Shown in pieces: positions 11,891-25,290 of a stretch of 64,000 nucleotides of DNA (its first letter is position 1; the number at the start of each line of letters is the position of its first letter). The DNA comes from Chlorokybus atmophyticus (taxonomy: Eukaryota; Plantae; Mesostigma and Chlorokybus algae), in the NCBI GenBank assembly GCA_009103225.1, contig RHPI01001737.1, positions 438,223 to 502,222 of the forward strand, given 5' to 3'. Both the position numbers and the translations under genes were made by a program. The notes beneath the pieces are model-generated. The model worked only from the letters and a program-made list of their open reading frames with translations. It was not told the DNA's origin and made no database searches.

Positions 11891-14800
11891 TATTGCAAGC
11901 CTTTTAAGGCGACCAGAGCCTGCGTAGGGAGCACCCAAGACAAGCCTTCGGTGGCAACGCACCAATCCGAGGCAATAGCGTTGCCAGCAGCACCAGGGCA
12001 GGCAGCCGCAGCGAAGAACAACTGTGCCTTGGCGTTAGCCTCCAAGGCAAAGCAATCTAAGGTTGGTTGACCCCATCTGCTGATGAGCAGGTGCGACGGC
12101 GCCGGCGCCCAGCTGGCTCCAGTTGCCAGTGTCCGGCGCTTGCAAGAGGGCATCCGCCTCTTGCAGGCAGGCCCGCGGTTGCCAGCAGCAGTGCAGCTGC
12201 CAGTCCTGCTGCCACAACACTTCCCACAAGTTGTACAGCTCCCCCCGCAGGTATGGATCACTCGCAGTCAGCTTGCTCAGCGCTGGCTGACAATCCCCCT
12301 GCATGGTGACACATGTCGTAAGCTTGGCTGCTGACGCGCAAGCTCGCACAGCAATCTGATGTACGCCATTGCTTCCTTCACACATGGAGCCAATGCCAGC
12401 TCCTGCTCAGCAAAGTTCCCCTGCACTGGGCCCCATTGTGACAGCCCCCCAACCATGCGTGCAGATGCATCTGCTTGCAGCAACACCGGTGCTGGCGGCT
12501 TCCACAAGGCGCAGCCGTGAGTTGTATATGCGCACAAGCGCGCCAGAAGCCACACCAAGAACTGCGTGGTATCAGCTGGTGAAGTGAAAAGGCTGTCCCA
12601 GTTGCACGCACTGGCCAGGGGTTCCAGTAACGTGCGAGCAAACAGCAGGACAGGTGGCAATGTTCTCCAAGTTGCTGCAGCTTGTGAGTAGGCACGGCAA
12701 AGGCACCTGTCTGCGTGTCCACCATCAAGCCAAGCAACGTCAGTAGTTGAGTCGGATAGGGATTGCACTTAGGCAGCCCGAAGAAACACCCAAGAGCAGC
12801 GAACAGTTGCATTAGCAACTTCGTTCTCCACATCACATGCAGCTTGCGGTGGTGCGCCAGGTGCATGTCCTTAATGTATGCCAAGGGGCCGAACCCCAGC
12901 ATCCGCAATGGTCCGTGAATCACTTGTTGCGTAATAGTAAAAGCATAGCATGCTATACTCAGGCTAAAGGGAAGAACATTCCACTGAAATGTGACCTTGG
13001 TACGATATACACAGGAACCTGCGGTGTTGAGGCCGCATGGGAATGTGATGGTAGCCCGACTTCATGTAATACTAGCTTGCCACCATCCTTTGTGCGTGTA
13101 GTATGTCGTGTAGGATGTCGAATAACGTTTTATAATGAAAAGGAACATGTGCTAGAAAGAGATTCACATAGCGCAAGTCAATAACCATCCTGAGCTTTGG
13201 TTGCGTAACCACTCATCCCCGACACCACTTGCTCAGCTGCCTCCACGGACACAGGTGTAATAGCACCAGTGCACACCAAGGTGCTCAGCTCATTCTGCAC
13301 GAATGCAGCGTGCTCTGTCACCAAAGCTCTATTGCGGAGCTGCATCGGGGTCAGAGTGCGTTTCAACAACTCTCCTCTGCGGTGCGCGCAATCTAGGCCT
13401 TCTTCCCTCAACATCATTCAACTTGGTTCCGCTTTTTGGGGGAAGCAGCAGCTGTACCCACAAAACGCAATGGCAGACCATGCCGTATCCATCCCAACAC
13501 TATTTCCGCAGCTGGATGCTCCGTGTGCTTCAGCCAGCATTCCCACGCAGCTGCGTGGTGAGTTGGCAACGCAGCTGTGAAAAGCGTGGCATCATGCATG
13601 ATGCCACGCAACTGAACCAACCACTCAGCCTCTGTACAGTCCGGAAGAACAGGTTCTGCTGCCAGGCAGGAAAGCTGGCGCAGCACGTGCATCACAACGC
13701 GTCGCTGCTTGTCTTGAGACCAGGGCGACGACAGCCTTGGCGTTGGCCATACCATAGGTGATACTGCTGCTGGCTCCACCAGCAGAAAGGGTTGCTGCGC
13801 AAGCAGGTGCACGGTCTGCTCTGCAGCGTGGTTCGGATGTTCCTTGCCTGCAGACAGCTCCGGCGCCCACAAGACATCCTGCTGGTCGCTTGAGGGTGCC
13901 GCGCATTGGCTTAGGTCCCCAACTGTAGCAGAAACAGCAACTGTGAGAGGAACAGTTCGTGCAGGCGCGGCCATGGGCCCGGCGTCTGCTGACGCAACTC
14001 CCTCGTCAGCCCCATGCTAGTCATCAGCGGCGACAGGACAGCGTACTCAGCTGCAGAGTACGATAGACGACGCTGTATCTCTTCAACAGCACCTTCTGCA
14101 GAAGTTGCCGCAGCTGGCGACGGGCTGATCACGCGCCGCGCCATGCAGCGACAGCACGGCAAACTGTGCTGTGCTGGACAGCTGTGGTGCCAAGGCTGCA
14201 GGTGGCTCAGCGCGCGCCAGTGATGGTCACAGGCCGTCGTGCAGGCAGAGTAGGGTCGCATGCGTGTGGCGACACTGCATGCGTCGTAGAGACACTGCAG
14301 ATCAGTCCCGACGCTAATGGGCCGAGCTGCTGCCAGAGCTTGTGCCGGCCCGATCAGCGCTGGTGGCGCTGAAGTGCGCGTGAATCGAGGCAGAATCGCT
14401 GTTGGATGTCGTTGCCGAACAGCGGTTTGTTGCGGTGTTGGCTTGGTATATATGGTTCACGACGCGACGCGGGACGACGGTGCTTTGGGCTGATCAGTCA
14501 GTGTCGGCTGAGCGTGGTGTTCAGTCGACATAGCGCTGGCGATCAGGCGTGTGTCGTGGTTGACGAACTGTGGGTTTGCGTTTGTGTTGTTGGTCCATCG
14601 TTTGCAGTGCCATGCCGACGCTGTTCCATAGCGTTGTACCAACGTTTCCCGCCAGCGCAAATCAAACGCATGGACAAGTGTGTTGGGACTGTCGCTGGAA
14701 GGGTTGTTGAGGGGCGGCGGCTTGAGGGCGGCGGCTTGTCTGTGCTGGGGTTGGCTTGTGTGGGTGTTGCATCGGCATGGACGCGACTGTGGGTGCAGAC

Positions 14801-14950
14801 TTTGTCATCCCACCATCGGTGACGTTGTCGCTCGGTGGGGCGCTGCCCTCCATCAGACGCAGTCGGTCTTTTTATGGGACGGCGTATGATCAGGTGAGTA
14901 TGCATCTGTCGTTGTTTACTGGCCCGGCTTGAATGTGTGACCACAATTGA
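11869..14950 (-). mobile_element. Degenerate DIRS-like (tyrosine-recombinase) retrotransposon: gag-like, RT, RNase H, N6-adenine-MTase-like domain
   Basis: VLGWIRHGLPLRF, FVQNELSTLVCTGAI, LAYIKDM (YIDD position), TLLGLMVDT, LQADAS (RNase H), RWGQPTLDCFA...PGAAGNAIASDW...SWVLP (DIRS MT domain). Many stops and frameshifts; the 5' boundary is approximate. Confidence 0.8.
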
Positions 14951-16441
14951 TGAGATGTTGCGTGTGTGGTAATATTTGTATAACTTGGTTAGGTGTCAAT
15001 TGGCTGGCCGGTGCAGTTACTGGCATCACCTTGTGGGTCCATCGATGGTGTTCGTGAGGTGCATGTGGAGTTGCCAGGTGGTTTTGGGTTCCGCTTTAGT
15101 TTGCATCGTGTGCGTCGGGTGTCAGGCTTCCCGCAGCGTTGTAGCAGTGATGTCATGGTCTGTGAGCATGTGGTGGGCGGTGTGGTGCTTGCAAGATGGG
15201 TGATTGCAACGGATTGTGATATGGACCCTGGACGCCGACGGCACTGGGTCGAGCAATAGCATGATACCGAGTGGCAACCTTTCGGGGTTGGGCAGTGGAG
15301 CCTTCATCCACTGCAAGGCGGTGAGCATAGGGACGATGATAATCCGGGTTTACCACACCCTCCTCCCGCAGTTGAAGGTGGTGGGTGGCATCCTATCATG
15401 CCAACACGCATAGGTACGTGCAGCTGTTATGTAGGTTGCTGTCATGGCTAGTATGTGATTGTTGATACGTCAGGCTGGAATGCTGTGGTGTGTGTTCTTG
15501 TATCATAGCTGTGAGTTGTGTGGTGTGCTGCTGTGCACTAGCGCAGGCACTGGCCTGAGCGCGCAAGTGATGTTGTGCTGTGCCAATGTACAGCGTTGAC
15601 ATAAATAGGTGATGTGCTGATGCACATAGTGTAGGGCTGCAATGCGAGGATGTTGCGTTGATCGCGTGCGCCGTCGGGTAATGTTACCTGCTGCTGTGGC
15701 ATCGCCATCATCATCGCAGGACGCACGCTGCAGCGTGCCTCACAAACCCACCAGCTGTGGGTTTGTGAGGCAGAACCACCGTGGAAGCTGCAAGGACAAA
15801 CGCACTGCCCTGCCTACGGTGCTGCATGTGTAGCTAGCTTGTAGCTACACCAGTGTTAAGATGGTGTAGACCTGTAATTGTGCCTGTGTATAAGCCCCCC
15901 ACAGACTGCTGCAAGTGGATCCATGCGAGACTGTGTGTGCTGGCTGCGGTGCAATGGTGTCAGTATTCTCTTTTGGCAATATGCAGGTAATAAAAATGAT
16001 GCGTGCCTAACATCATATCGAACGGCAATTGAAGTAGTCTATGATTGCGACTATATAAGATTGTGTTGTGCTGCATACTGAGTTTGCATATGCAGATGCG
16101 GCTTGTATTGCATGCATGCCATGGATGGTATTATGATGGAAATTATGGGTTTCAGTGTTGTGGCTGTGTGAATATGCAAAGAAATGCAACTGTGTCGGTG
16201 CTTGCACATGACTGTATCGGGTTGTATAATGCACAACTGGGTGGTGTAAATGTGGTTTGCATGTAGCAATGTGCATGGTTGTTAATGCGTGTGCCATTGT
16301 CTGGGCTGTTGTTCTTGTAATCTACGTGACTCAGAACTTCAAGAACGAGTCAATGGCAGATCGCATGTGTCCTCTTGCAAGCCCGCTGCGCCTCATCACT
16401 CACAGCATGAATGCCACGTGCTATGCATCTGGCCAGCATGT

Positions 16442-18529
16442 TCAGGACCATGATAGAGGCGAGCCTACTTGAACATAGCCTAGTGCAACCAACATCTGCC
16501 TGCCTACATACTCGGAGTATGCGGGGGGGATGCATTCGACTAGTGTAGACTCATCGGAGATCCAATCAATGCCGAGAGCATGCCTCCACCCTGTCATGGT
16601 TCCTGTGGAGGCAGCCTTCCCGTACACTGGATACATCTGCTGTACACCGCATGGGTTCTGCTGGAGGGTGTCGGCTGTGCGGTGTCCAGACAGTGCGCCT
16701 CATCGCTTGTCGGTGTGGGTGCATACCAAGTCCACACTGACGACAGGCACTGTCTCGAACACACAATGCCTAAAAGTGGGCAGGCCGAACATTGTCCCAC
16801 ACAACACCATGTTTGGCTTCATGAACTGTGATGCGTCGGGGATGTTCTCGATAACAAACGGTTTGCCGCTACGGTGCAGACGATCATGCAGTGCGTGCAG
16901 GAGTGTGCTGTGCTGCCATGTGCTGCCATGTTGCCTACGCTGTGACTCTGGTATGCAACGAGCAAACGCCTGGCAAGGTGGACTTGCCCAAAGAATATCG
17001 TACGGCTGGAGGTCTACCGTCAGTGCATCCTCGTTGATAAAGGTGAAAGGGTAGCCTGGCTGCTCATGTATATCAACTCCCGTGACGTCAAACCCAGCAC
17101 GGTATAGGCCCATGCTGGCGCCCCCTCCACCGCAGCACATATCCAGCAGCTTGGGTCTGTGCGGTGCCCCTGTACGCTGCTGTGCTGTGTGTGTCACCAG
17201 TAAAGGAGCGGACCGTCTCCATAAAGGCAGAATAGGCAATGGAGGAGTGGCCTTGCGGTTAGTAGGTGCTCTACTGCCACCGATGCAGAAGCAGCCTTCG
17301 CTGCCATAGTTGTCCAGCACAGCCACTATGTTGTGATTGTCTACGAGCACATGTTGCACATCACCATCAGAAAAGTGAACGCTGTGCCGTCCTGCATGCG
17401 GACACACTGTGTCAGCACATGCACACAGCCTGTACACACAGTCAGTGGGTACAACATCTGTTCACCTATGCGACTGTTGTGGGCGTAGATGCTGCCAGCA
17501 TACATAGCGGCGTCCGCTGGCCAGTAAACCATCACTGTTAGTCCCACGAGTGCAGGCCCTCCATCCAGGCAGCGTTGGCGCAAGTTTTCCACTGTTATTT
17601 CAAGCGCGTGCGCAGACTTCTGCGCGCAAAGCTGCTGTTGAAGAGGGAAGCGTACAACCAATGCCCGCTGTGCGTTTGTGTGTGGCAACTGTGTTGGTTT
17701 GTCCACGAGTCTCGCATGGCGGACGCGCATGGTGCGACATGCAGTTCTTATGCGTGTGCACGACACACATGATATCGCTAAGTCGCAGTCATAACGCCCA
17801 ACGCACAGCTGCAAGAACACAAGAATGTAGAGCACACGTGTGTGACCATGCGCGTGCCTGCGGCATGTGCGCAGGCTTGCCTGGAACAAACTCACATGCA
17901 CGCGCGCAGCAGTGCACAGACTGCTAGAAACGATGCGTGAACGCTGGCATGTGCACTTACTGCTGCTCCCTCGTGTGACCCGAATTGGAAGCTCTGAACA
18001 ATCGCATGTTGGACTTGATCACCGCGCCCGCAGCGACGACGCTGGGACTGCATGAGTTCAGTAGTGAGCTTGCCAATCGCAGTGTAGTGCAATGCGATTG
18101 TGGATAGGCAAAGCCACGTGAATGACATTTACTAACAGGCAATAGCGTGAACCGCTGGCCGTCCACCAACGTGCCGGGTTGGACATATGGCATGTAGCGC
18201 ATGGGCTTCCCGTGCCATTCAAACAATGCAGTAGCACATCTATTGCAACAGCATTGCTTGTTGAAAAATTCTGGAGAAGTGCAATGTAGCTTGCCTCTGC
18301 AAACCATCAGGTGTACTCCAGCACAATGATGGTGCCAACACGCAGCAGTATACCCAAACCGCGCCGCGTACTCCCTGCAGCTTGCTTCGTGCTGGACCAG
18401 TCGAGCACGTTGCCCGTTGCTGACAATGTAACCACGACATACTGTGCACACCTGTGCTGTTTTGCCCTTGACGGGCGCCACATCCGCCATGCACACACTT
18501 GCATGCTCCAAATGACAGCGCATTTCCAT
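16442..18529 (-). pseudogene. Cys/His-rich Zn domain - Tudor - C5-cytosine methyltransferase gene, copy 1 (one in-frame TGA)
   Basis: LLDMCCGGGGASMGLYRAGFDVTGVDI (I), ASPPCQ (IV), FVIENI (VI), LCGTMFGLPTFRHCVFET (VIII), CIPPAYSEYVG (X). Tudor VGLTVMVYWPADAAMYAGSI..G|RHSVHFSDGD with intron 17392-17465. In-frame TGA at 16700-16702. Confidence 0.85.
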
Positions 18530-18708
18530 GACCGGCTTTGGATGCTCTCTCCGAATGGATGTGAGACCAATCCTAAAACTGTTTACACAACCCTAAAATT
18601 CCTTGCATTACCACACAAGACTGTTTCCTGGCTGGTGGCGGCGATGGAGGCGGCGGCTTCGACAGCCGCGGCACAGTTTCAGACCAGGTCAGCAGGGTGT
18701 GTGTGTCT

Positions 18709-21700
18709 CTAGATGTCGTCCATGTCCATTAGCGTTAAGTCCTCAACGTCGCTGTCAGAATCCTCAGTGTCTTCCCAATTCCAGTCATCGGGTAGGTCCG
18801 CAACATGTAGCCCATCAGGAGGAGCAGCAGGTGCACCCTCACGCGCCGACTCGTGCACATTGCTGACACCTGTGGTGTCGTTGGTCATAGCGTGGAGGTT
18901 TTCGCATCCAATACATAAGCAGCTATAGCTGCATGCCTGGCCTGCTCTCCTGCACTTGCATCGCTTGCTGTCGCAGCGTCCCACCTTGCACCCGCATCCA
19001 TGCATGAGTAGCTGGCGCCTTGATACTGCGGCTGCCATGTTTGCAGGAAGGTCTTTCACAGCATACCACACTCCTTCAACATGCTGGAAACCGTACTCCG
19101 CCAAATCAGGCAGTTGCATCGCATGCTGGCAGCTGTAGCCACATGTTAACCGTGTAGACAGCGAGCAGTGCGTGTAGCCACAAAGCGTCGACAGTTGGGA
19201 TTGTATCTCGAGGTGTAGCATTTTTTTTTCCAAAACTGTCTTGTGAATGGCTTCAAGCCAGTCGCTCAAGAGCACCTTGTTGTTGGTAGTTGCAGTCGCT
19301 CCGTGCAGTGCGTAAAACAACGAAGCAGGGGTGCCGCTGTCAAAGGAAGACCTGTATTTCTCGAAATAGGCACACCCAATCAGTCGCAGCACCGCGAAGC
19401 ACATCTCGTGCTCCGGGGCACTCACATTGCCGGTGATTAAGTCTGCATGCTGAGCTAGCACAGTCTTCCAGATGAACTGCTTGGATATGCCTCCAATGAA
19501 TGACGTGTAGTCACAACCTGTAGCCGCATAAATCACCAACAGCAGCCAGCCACGATGCATTGCATCCATGCTGTGTAGCTGGTGCATGCTCCTCACATGC
19601 TGCAGCAGGAGTGTCAGGTTGATGAAAGGCGGGCGGGACCCAGCACGAGAGTGCTATGCGACCTGAACCGTAACGTCCCTCAGCGCCATATCCCAGCTCT
19701 CGATCACCGCGAGGCTGATAACTGTTACATCAGTGTCGGGTGAGACTATCATGATGTTGTTATAGGGCGCTTTGTGTGCATGCACCCAAACACGAGAATC
19801 TGCTTCTCCGTGGTTGCACGTGTCGTCGTTGGTGTGCGTCCTTGTGTACTCTCCAGCCGACCCGCGCGACACCACGCTGGCAAGGTCACCCAACTCAGCG
19901 TCGTTGGATCCGCCGGCCATTACTAATTCTTGGTCGTGTCGCAGGTGTGGTTCTATCATGCTTGGCAGGTGTTGAGTTAGCAGCTCGCACAACGACCTCT
20001 TCAAGCTGCGATCTCGGAGGACATCCCGCCAACAATTAGGCAGATGGCTGTCAAGGGTCAGTTGACGTCTAGTCGAGGTGTCTGCTCCGTCACGCGTGCG
20101 TTGCAGCGAAGACTTCACCCCCATTTGACACCTTGGTGTATCAAACATTTTGCACACTGCGCACAGTTGGGTTCACCAGCCTGCTCAGCACAGCGGTGCG
20201 CATTAGGTGCGTGATGTAGTCCTTAATTGTGCCCTGCCCCAAGTGGCACTCTTGGTTAATCAAGAACATTTCCTCTAAGATAATGCACTCCACCCCTGCA
20301 GGCGCGCTTTGCGACCAGCATGGAGCATCATGTGGGCCACTTTCGATAGAAACTTCGCCTTATCTTCAGAACGCATCTTGCCGGTGAGCTCGTCAAACAA
20401 CGCCCAAGGGTGTTCACAATACCTTGCTGTGACTGTGTCCTTGTCAGCACTAGTCGAAGCAAGCCGCTTAGTCACAAGCATCTCTTGCCCATATTGCTTG
20501 AGGACGGTAGCCTGTTTGGTAGTTCTTTTCTTGGCCGGAGCCATGGTGGCCAAGTTGTATCTTCTAGTCACCTTGCATGCCTGCGCCTCTCTGCATATCT
20601 CAACTTGCACATGACTGCTCATCGCTTCCACGCCAACTGTGTATTGCCGTGCCAGGTCAGTGGAGGCAGCTGGTGTTGCTGGCACAACTGATGTTAGATG
20701 CGTCAACTGGCTCAGCGGTGGACGAGACAATGCTTGGCTGCTTCTCAGCAGCTGCTGCAGATGCTGAAGGTCATTTCCACAATGTGACGCATCAGCCGTG
20801 AGAGTACGCACCACCCTGTTGCAATTGTCGTCTGCATCAGCATCCATATCGTGCAATGGCAAGTCTTGTTCCAAAAGCAGCTGGCGACTTAGTTGGTTTT
20901 GTAACTGGCTCCGCTCCCCAAGGTACAGCCTTGGCTGTTTTGTGGTTGGCTGAAACAGGGACATCTTCATGTCCCTGTTCACTTGGCACCCATGTGCCTC
21001 GTCCAATGCCACCAACCGACCTGGTGTCCCTGTCAGGCTCACCGTAAAACCGCCCGCAGCGAGCATGTCAACCAGGGATGACGGCATGAGCTGGAGGTCA
21101 GCCAAGTGCAGAGTCATGACCTTCTGATAGTTGAATCTGTCCCATGCAAACGAAAGTGGGCTCAGACCCTTCCAACTCGCTAGCCTCAGGTGCCAAATTT
21201 GTTGCCGAACAGAGCAGAATAAAGCCAGGTAATGCAGCATATCTCTGTTCACGAAATGCCACCAGAACTGCCAAGTCGCATCTTGCTGTGCCTTATCTTC
21301 GCACCATATCTCGAACAACCTCCGTGGTCGACTGGCCGTGACACCTTGCTGCGCCCAGCCTTGTTCGCACTGCTGTTTCGTGCTTGCTTGCAACTGCTCC
21401 CACCACAGGTCGTGGATGTGCCGGTATAATGCCTCCCAAACCTTGCATAAAAAGTTGTGGATCCGTTTTCAATGACTGCCATCTGCCAGATGGTTTCTAG
21501 CAGTTGATGCGGAGAACCCACACTCCAAGGACATTGTGTCTAGGCCAGCGTCCCATGCCATCTTCATCAGCACGGGCTGCATATTCATTAGCACGTGAAA
21601 GTCGCCAGGAACAGGCACTACCCAATCCCGATATCCCGGCTCGGCTTTCTTCGAGGCATGCATGAGTGCAAACGTTTTCTGGTCTCCAGTAATGCACATC

Positions 21701-23527
21701 TTGCTTTGCTCTTCGTTCAAAACAACCTTGCTCCGCAAGTGGAGCGCGATCGTGAGATTATTAATCGTGTCAGGGTAGAACGGGAGCATTGGAAGGTACT
21801 TAATGTCGTTGGCTACCATGGGTGGCTCTGCACTGGAGATGTTAAGATTCTGCGCCCAACTGTCCTTGAGGGTTGGTAACGCATTCTGCTCTTCCACGCG
21901 CATCCGGAACAGCACTGTGTTATGCATCGTCACCTTGAACTGATCCATGGCAGCCAACTCTGCCGGCTGGAGATGCAGCATTCGGTCACTGCGTACCGCC
22001 GCGTGTTGCCTGTGTCTGGGTTGAGTCGGAGGCCGCGTCTCAGGACATGGAGGCGCCAGCATGGCCTCTTGCAACGTGTGGTTGCGCGTACGCTGTGCAA
22101 CAGAACACATACAATGTCACCCACTAACAGTTTGCACTGCTACTCGGCGGGGTAACTTGACATCATGCATGCATGACTCAACTGCGCACTGTGGTGTATA
22201 CACACCTGCAGGTCGACCGGCATACTCCTCGGACGCCCGAGCGTGGATGTGAGCTTCGTGGACGTGGCATGTATGTCGCCTGTAGTTCTGCCTTTATACT
22301 TGGCTTGGTAACCAGCCCTCACATCCAAGTTGTCTATTGAAGCCAGGACATGCATCCCGGGCCGTGGTTGTAGTCTTGCAATTGAATGCAAGTTGTGCAC
22401 AGCACGCTGATGGATGTGGCTGTTCATGTGACACCTGCTGGCGGTTACCCCCAGACGATTCAACGTCTATATTACTTGTTACCCGTTGTCGCTTGGTCAA
22501 CTGCGTCGGTCACCACCAGGTGCAACGGGGACATGGCCCACTTGCTTCTTGCGTACACCGCAGAATGGAACAGAAAACATGTTTTGTTTTGCAGGATGGC
22601 TAGATTCCTTGCATACCGTGGCCCAGGGGACTTGACTCTCTCCATGGCAATATACCCTGTCAAAGCTCCGAACACCTTGCGCAACGTCTCCCCAGAGGTC
22701 TCCCACTCAGCTTGCCAGTCAACGAAGCGCAAGTCGTGATCAACCTGGTTGCGCTCCACCAAGCGTTGTCTCTCCTTCTCCATCAGCATGTTCAAGTTAC
22801 GCAGCACCACTTCAGGCACTTCTGGTTCTCTCAACGATGTACCTCTGCCTCTGGAGTAAGTTGCGGTCGGCACATCGGTCACCCGCATCGCATGGCGCAG
22901 CAGACACGCTAATGGGTCTGCCCAGGCAGCGATCACCAGAGTGCCCTGTTGCCGTGCACCAGTCACTGAAATGATGGCGCCCTGTAGTCTAGCCTGCACT
23001 GCTCTCAGCAGCACCCGAGCCTGTTTGATGCGGTGCTTCGCTGCCACAGCCGTGACGAGAACAACCGCGTCCTTGTGCAGCAGCTGTGCTGCCACATCCT
23101 TCACCGCACAAGTCAACGCATCGACTCCTGCCTCTTCTGCGACAGCCCGGACGTCGTCTTCATACAGCAGTCTAACCTCTTCCGCCACCATAGCGTCATG
23201 CTGTGCATTTGAAGAAGGTCTTTGTGTGCTGATGGTGTCCCGGAGCCCAGCTATCACATCCTCCAGCTCCACTTGGCGGCAGCGGTAACCATCACGGTCT
23301 TGCTCTGCTACCTCACGCTGCAATTTCTCCATACAAGACTGAGTCGCCTCCTCCTGCACCCTTGTCTCCAACACCTGAAACCCACACAAAACCTCGTATC
23401 CTCTATTTGCGAGTCCCAATGGCACACAGCAACACAGCACACAGTACCTGCACATGCTGTGCGAGGTCGTCCAGCTCTTCTTGCAACTCCCCTCTCGCGC
23501 GCTCAGCCTCCTGTCGCTGCGTGACAT
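18709..23527 (-). mobile_element. AcademX-like transposase gene (Academ DDE domain + XPG/PIN nuclease + Cys8 zinc finger), multi-exon, probably degraded
   Basis: NRLGVTAS, SIDNLDV..TTGDIHAT, ITGDQKTF, PVPGDFHVLMN, VALDEAH..VNRDMK, HPWALFD..GKMRSEDKAKF, MFDTP..VKS, HGEADSRVWVHA, VSPDTDV, TGCDYTSFIGGISK, and C-terminal GCGCKVGRCDSKRCKCRRAGQACSYSCLCIGCEN. This domain order matches Academ proteins as I recall them. Termini not found. Confidence 0.78.
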
Positions 23528-23744
23528 TGGTCGTCTGCTGCTGGCGCAGCACTTGGCTCACTTCCTGTTAGGAGCATCAGCACTGGATTCAGCCTTAACC
23601 CAGCACGCAATTCAGGTACATATAGTTCACGCCTGACAACAATAATATGTGCCACACATAGTACTGCACAACTTGCAGTGCCACAGCCATATGCCATATG
23701 CTCACCTCCCACTGTGTGTGCAAGTGTTGCGCTTCCTTTTTCGC

Positions 23745-25290
23745 TCACTCACCCACATCGTCATGTGACGTGTGCAAACCGCTGTCACTGTCTGGCACTG
23801 CTGCCGCGCGTTCACGCAACTCCACTGCCAGTGCAGCTCGTTCCGCAAAGACATTTTGCAGCGCATCAGACAAGCGCTGCACCTCTCGCTTTAGGAACTG
23901 CAGGTCCCAGCAACTCCGTATCAACACAAGGGTGTACAGGATAGATAGGCAATCAAAGGTGCAACCATGCATTGACATTCTTTCAACACACGCCACCATG
24001 CTGTGAGAATCACTCACATCATGCACATGTCAGTATTGGTTGCTAGATAGCACGCCCATGCGTGCATGTTGCTGTGTCATTATCACCACACGATTGCATA
24101 GACATCCCAACGTACAATCTTGCATGAGCACAATGGTTGACATGACATTCAACAACACACTAAGCGCATGTTCCAGCATAGTACCTCTACTTGGCTGAAT
24201 ACACGTGTTTGTCTACACGTTGTATCACCATGCATAGGAGCAGCGGCCACACTCACATTGCGGACAGGATCTGCACGCACAACAACAATCCAATCAAGAT
24301 CCGCCAGTGAGACACAACAACCATGTCTAACCCGACGCAGGCACAGCATCATTTGCACAACGGCATCACACTAGTTTACTCAAATCAACATGAGCTGAGC
24401 TACATAGCGATCATTGTTTCCATCAACCACTACAGGGACCCACCTGACCCATTCATAGAAGGAGTCTTGGGCGTCTTAGGAGGTGCCTTTGCGTTGCCAT
24501 TAAGTCTACCGATTGTCGGACCCAGCACAACACGGTTACCATCTCTGTCAGTGCGCGCATTATGATGCTGGTACTGCTGCAGAGCGGCTGCAGCAGGCAC
24601 TTGCTGGTGCGCCACTACATGATGGTGCTTGGAACGATTTGGAAGTTGCGCCGACAAAGGGGCCATATTCTCCTGGTCCTCCTCCTCCTCCTCCTCCGAC
24701 TCCGAAGGCCCGGGATCAACATCATTGCTCTGCACGACAACACTGGTCACCAACTGCAAGGATGCATGCACACAACTCTAACGTTCTACCAACAGTCTAA
24801 GCCACCTGGTCATCAAGACCGTCTTGACTGCACGCAGGCAGACGTGGTGCATCCTACACCAACACAACTATATCAGCAGAAGCGCAAAAGCATTATGAAC
24901 AGCTGCATCACCATACGTGCAAGCCAGCACGACCATTGAAAAACTAACCGCGGGCAATGGATTTACTAACAACTCGTCGTCGACCCATCTCCACGTCCGC
25001 CCGGATGTCAAAGCATGCAAGAAAATTCCGGTGGCATTCATCCTAAACTTTTGCAACTTCAACTCCACCTTGAGTTGGTTGACAAACTACTTGTCTTCCG
25101 CCCGACGGCGCTTGGCATACTCTCGCTGGTTGTCACAACGGACCACGCGAGCAGACTCCAGCGCCTCCAACCGCTGAAGTTGCCGCTCAACATTGGACGG
25201 CAAATTACCCTCCTCCGCAACCACCGTCTCCGCCATCACCGCCGCAAATGCAGACACCCACAGCCAAAACAACCAAGGCTGAATGCTCAC
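23745..25290 (-). other. Probable upstream exons (coiled-coil, acidic, proline-rich) of the Academ gene or an adjacent cargo gene
   Basis: Same-strand ORF fragments (SESEEEEEEDQEN, LKREVQRLSDALQN, VERQLQRLEALESAR) separated by GT-AG bounded CA-rich stretches; in-frame TAG at 25087. No recognisable domain. Confidence 0.35.

Noticed and set aside
14950-16400. Possible exons and the left terminus of the Academ-containing element
   Set aside because: No recognisable motif, TIR or TSD could be matched to the 25.8-27.4 kb side.
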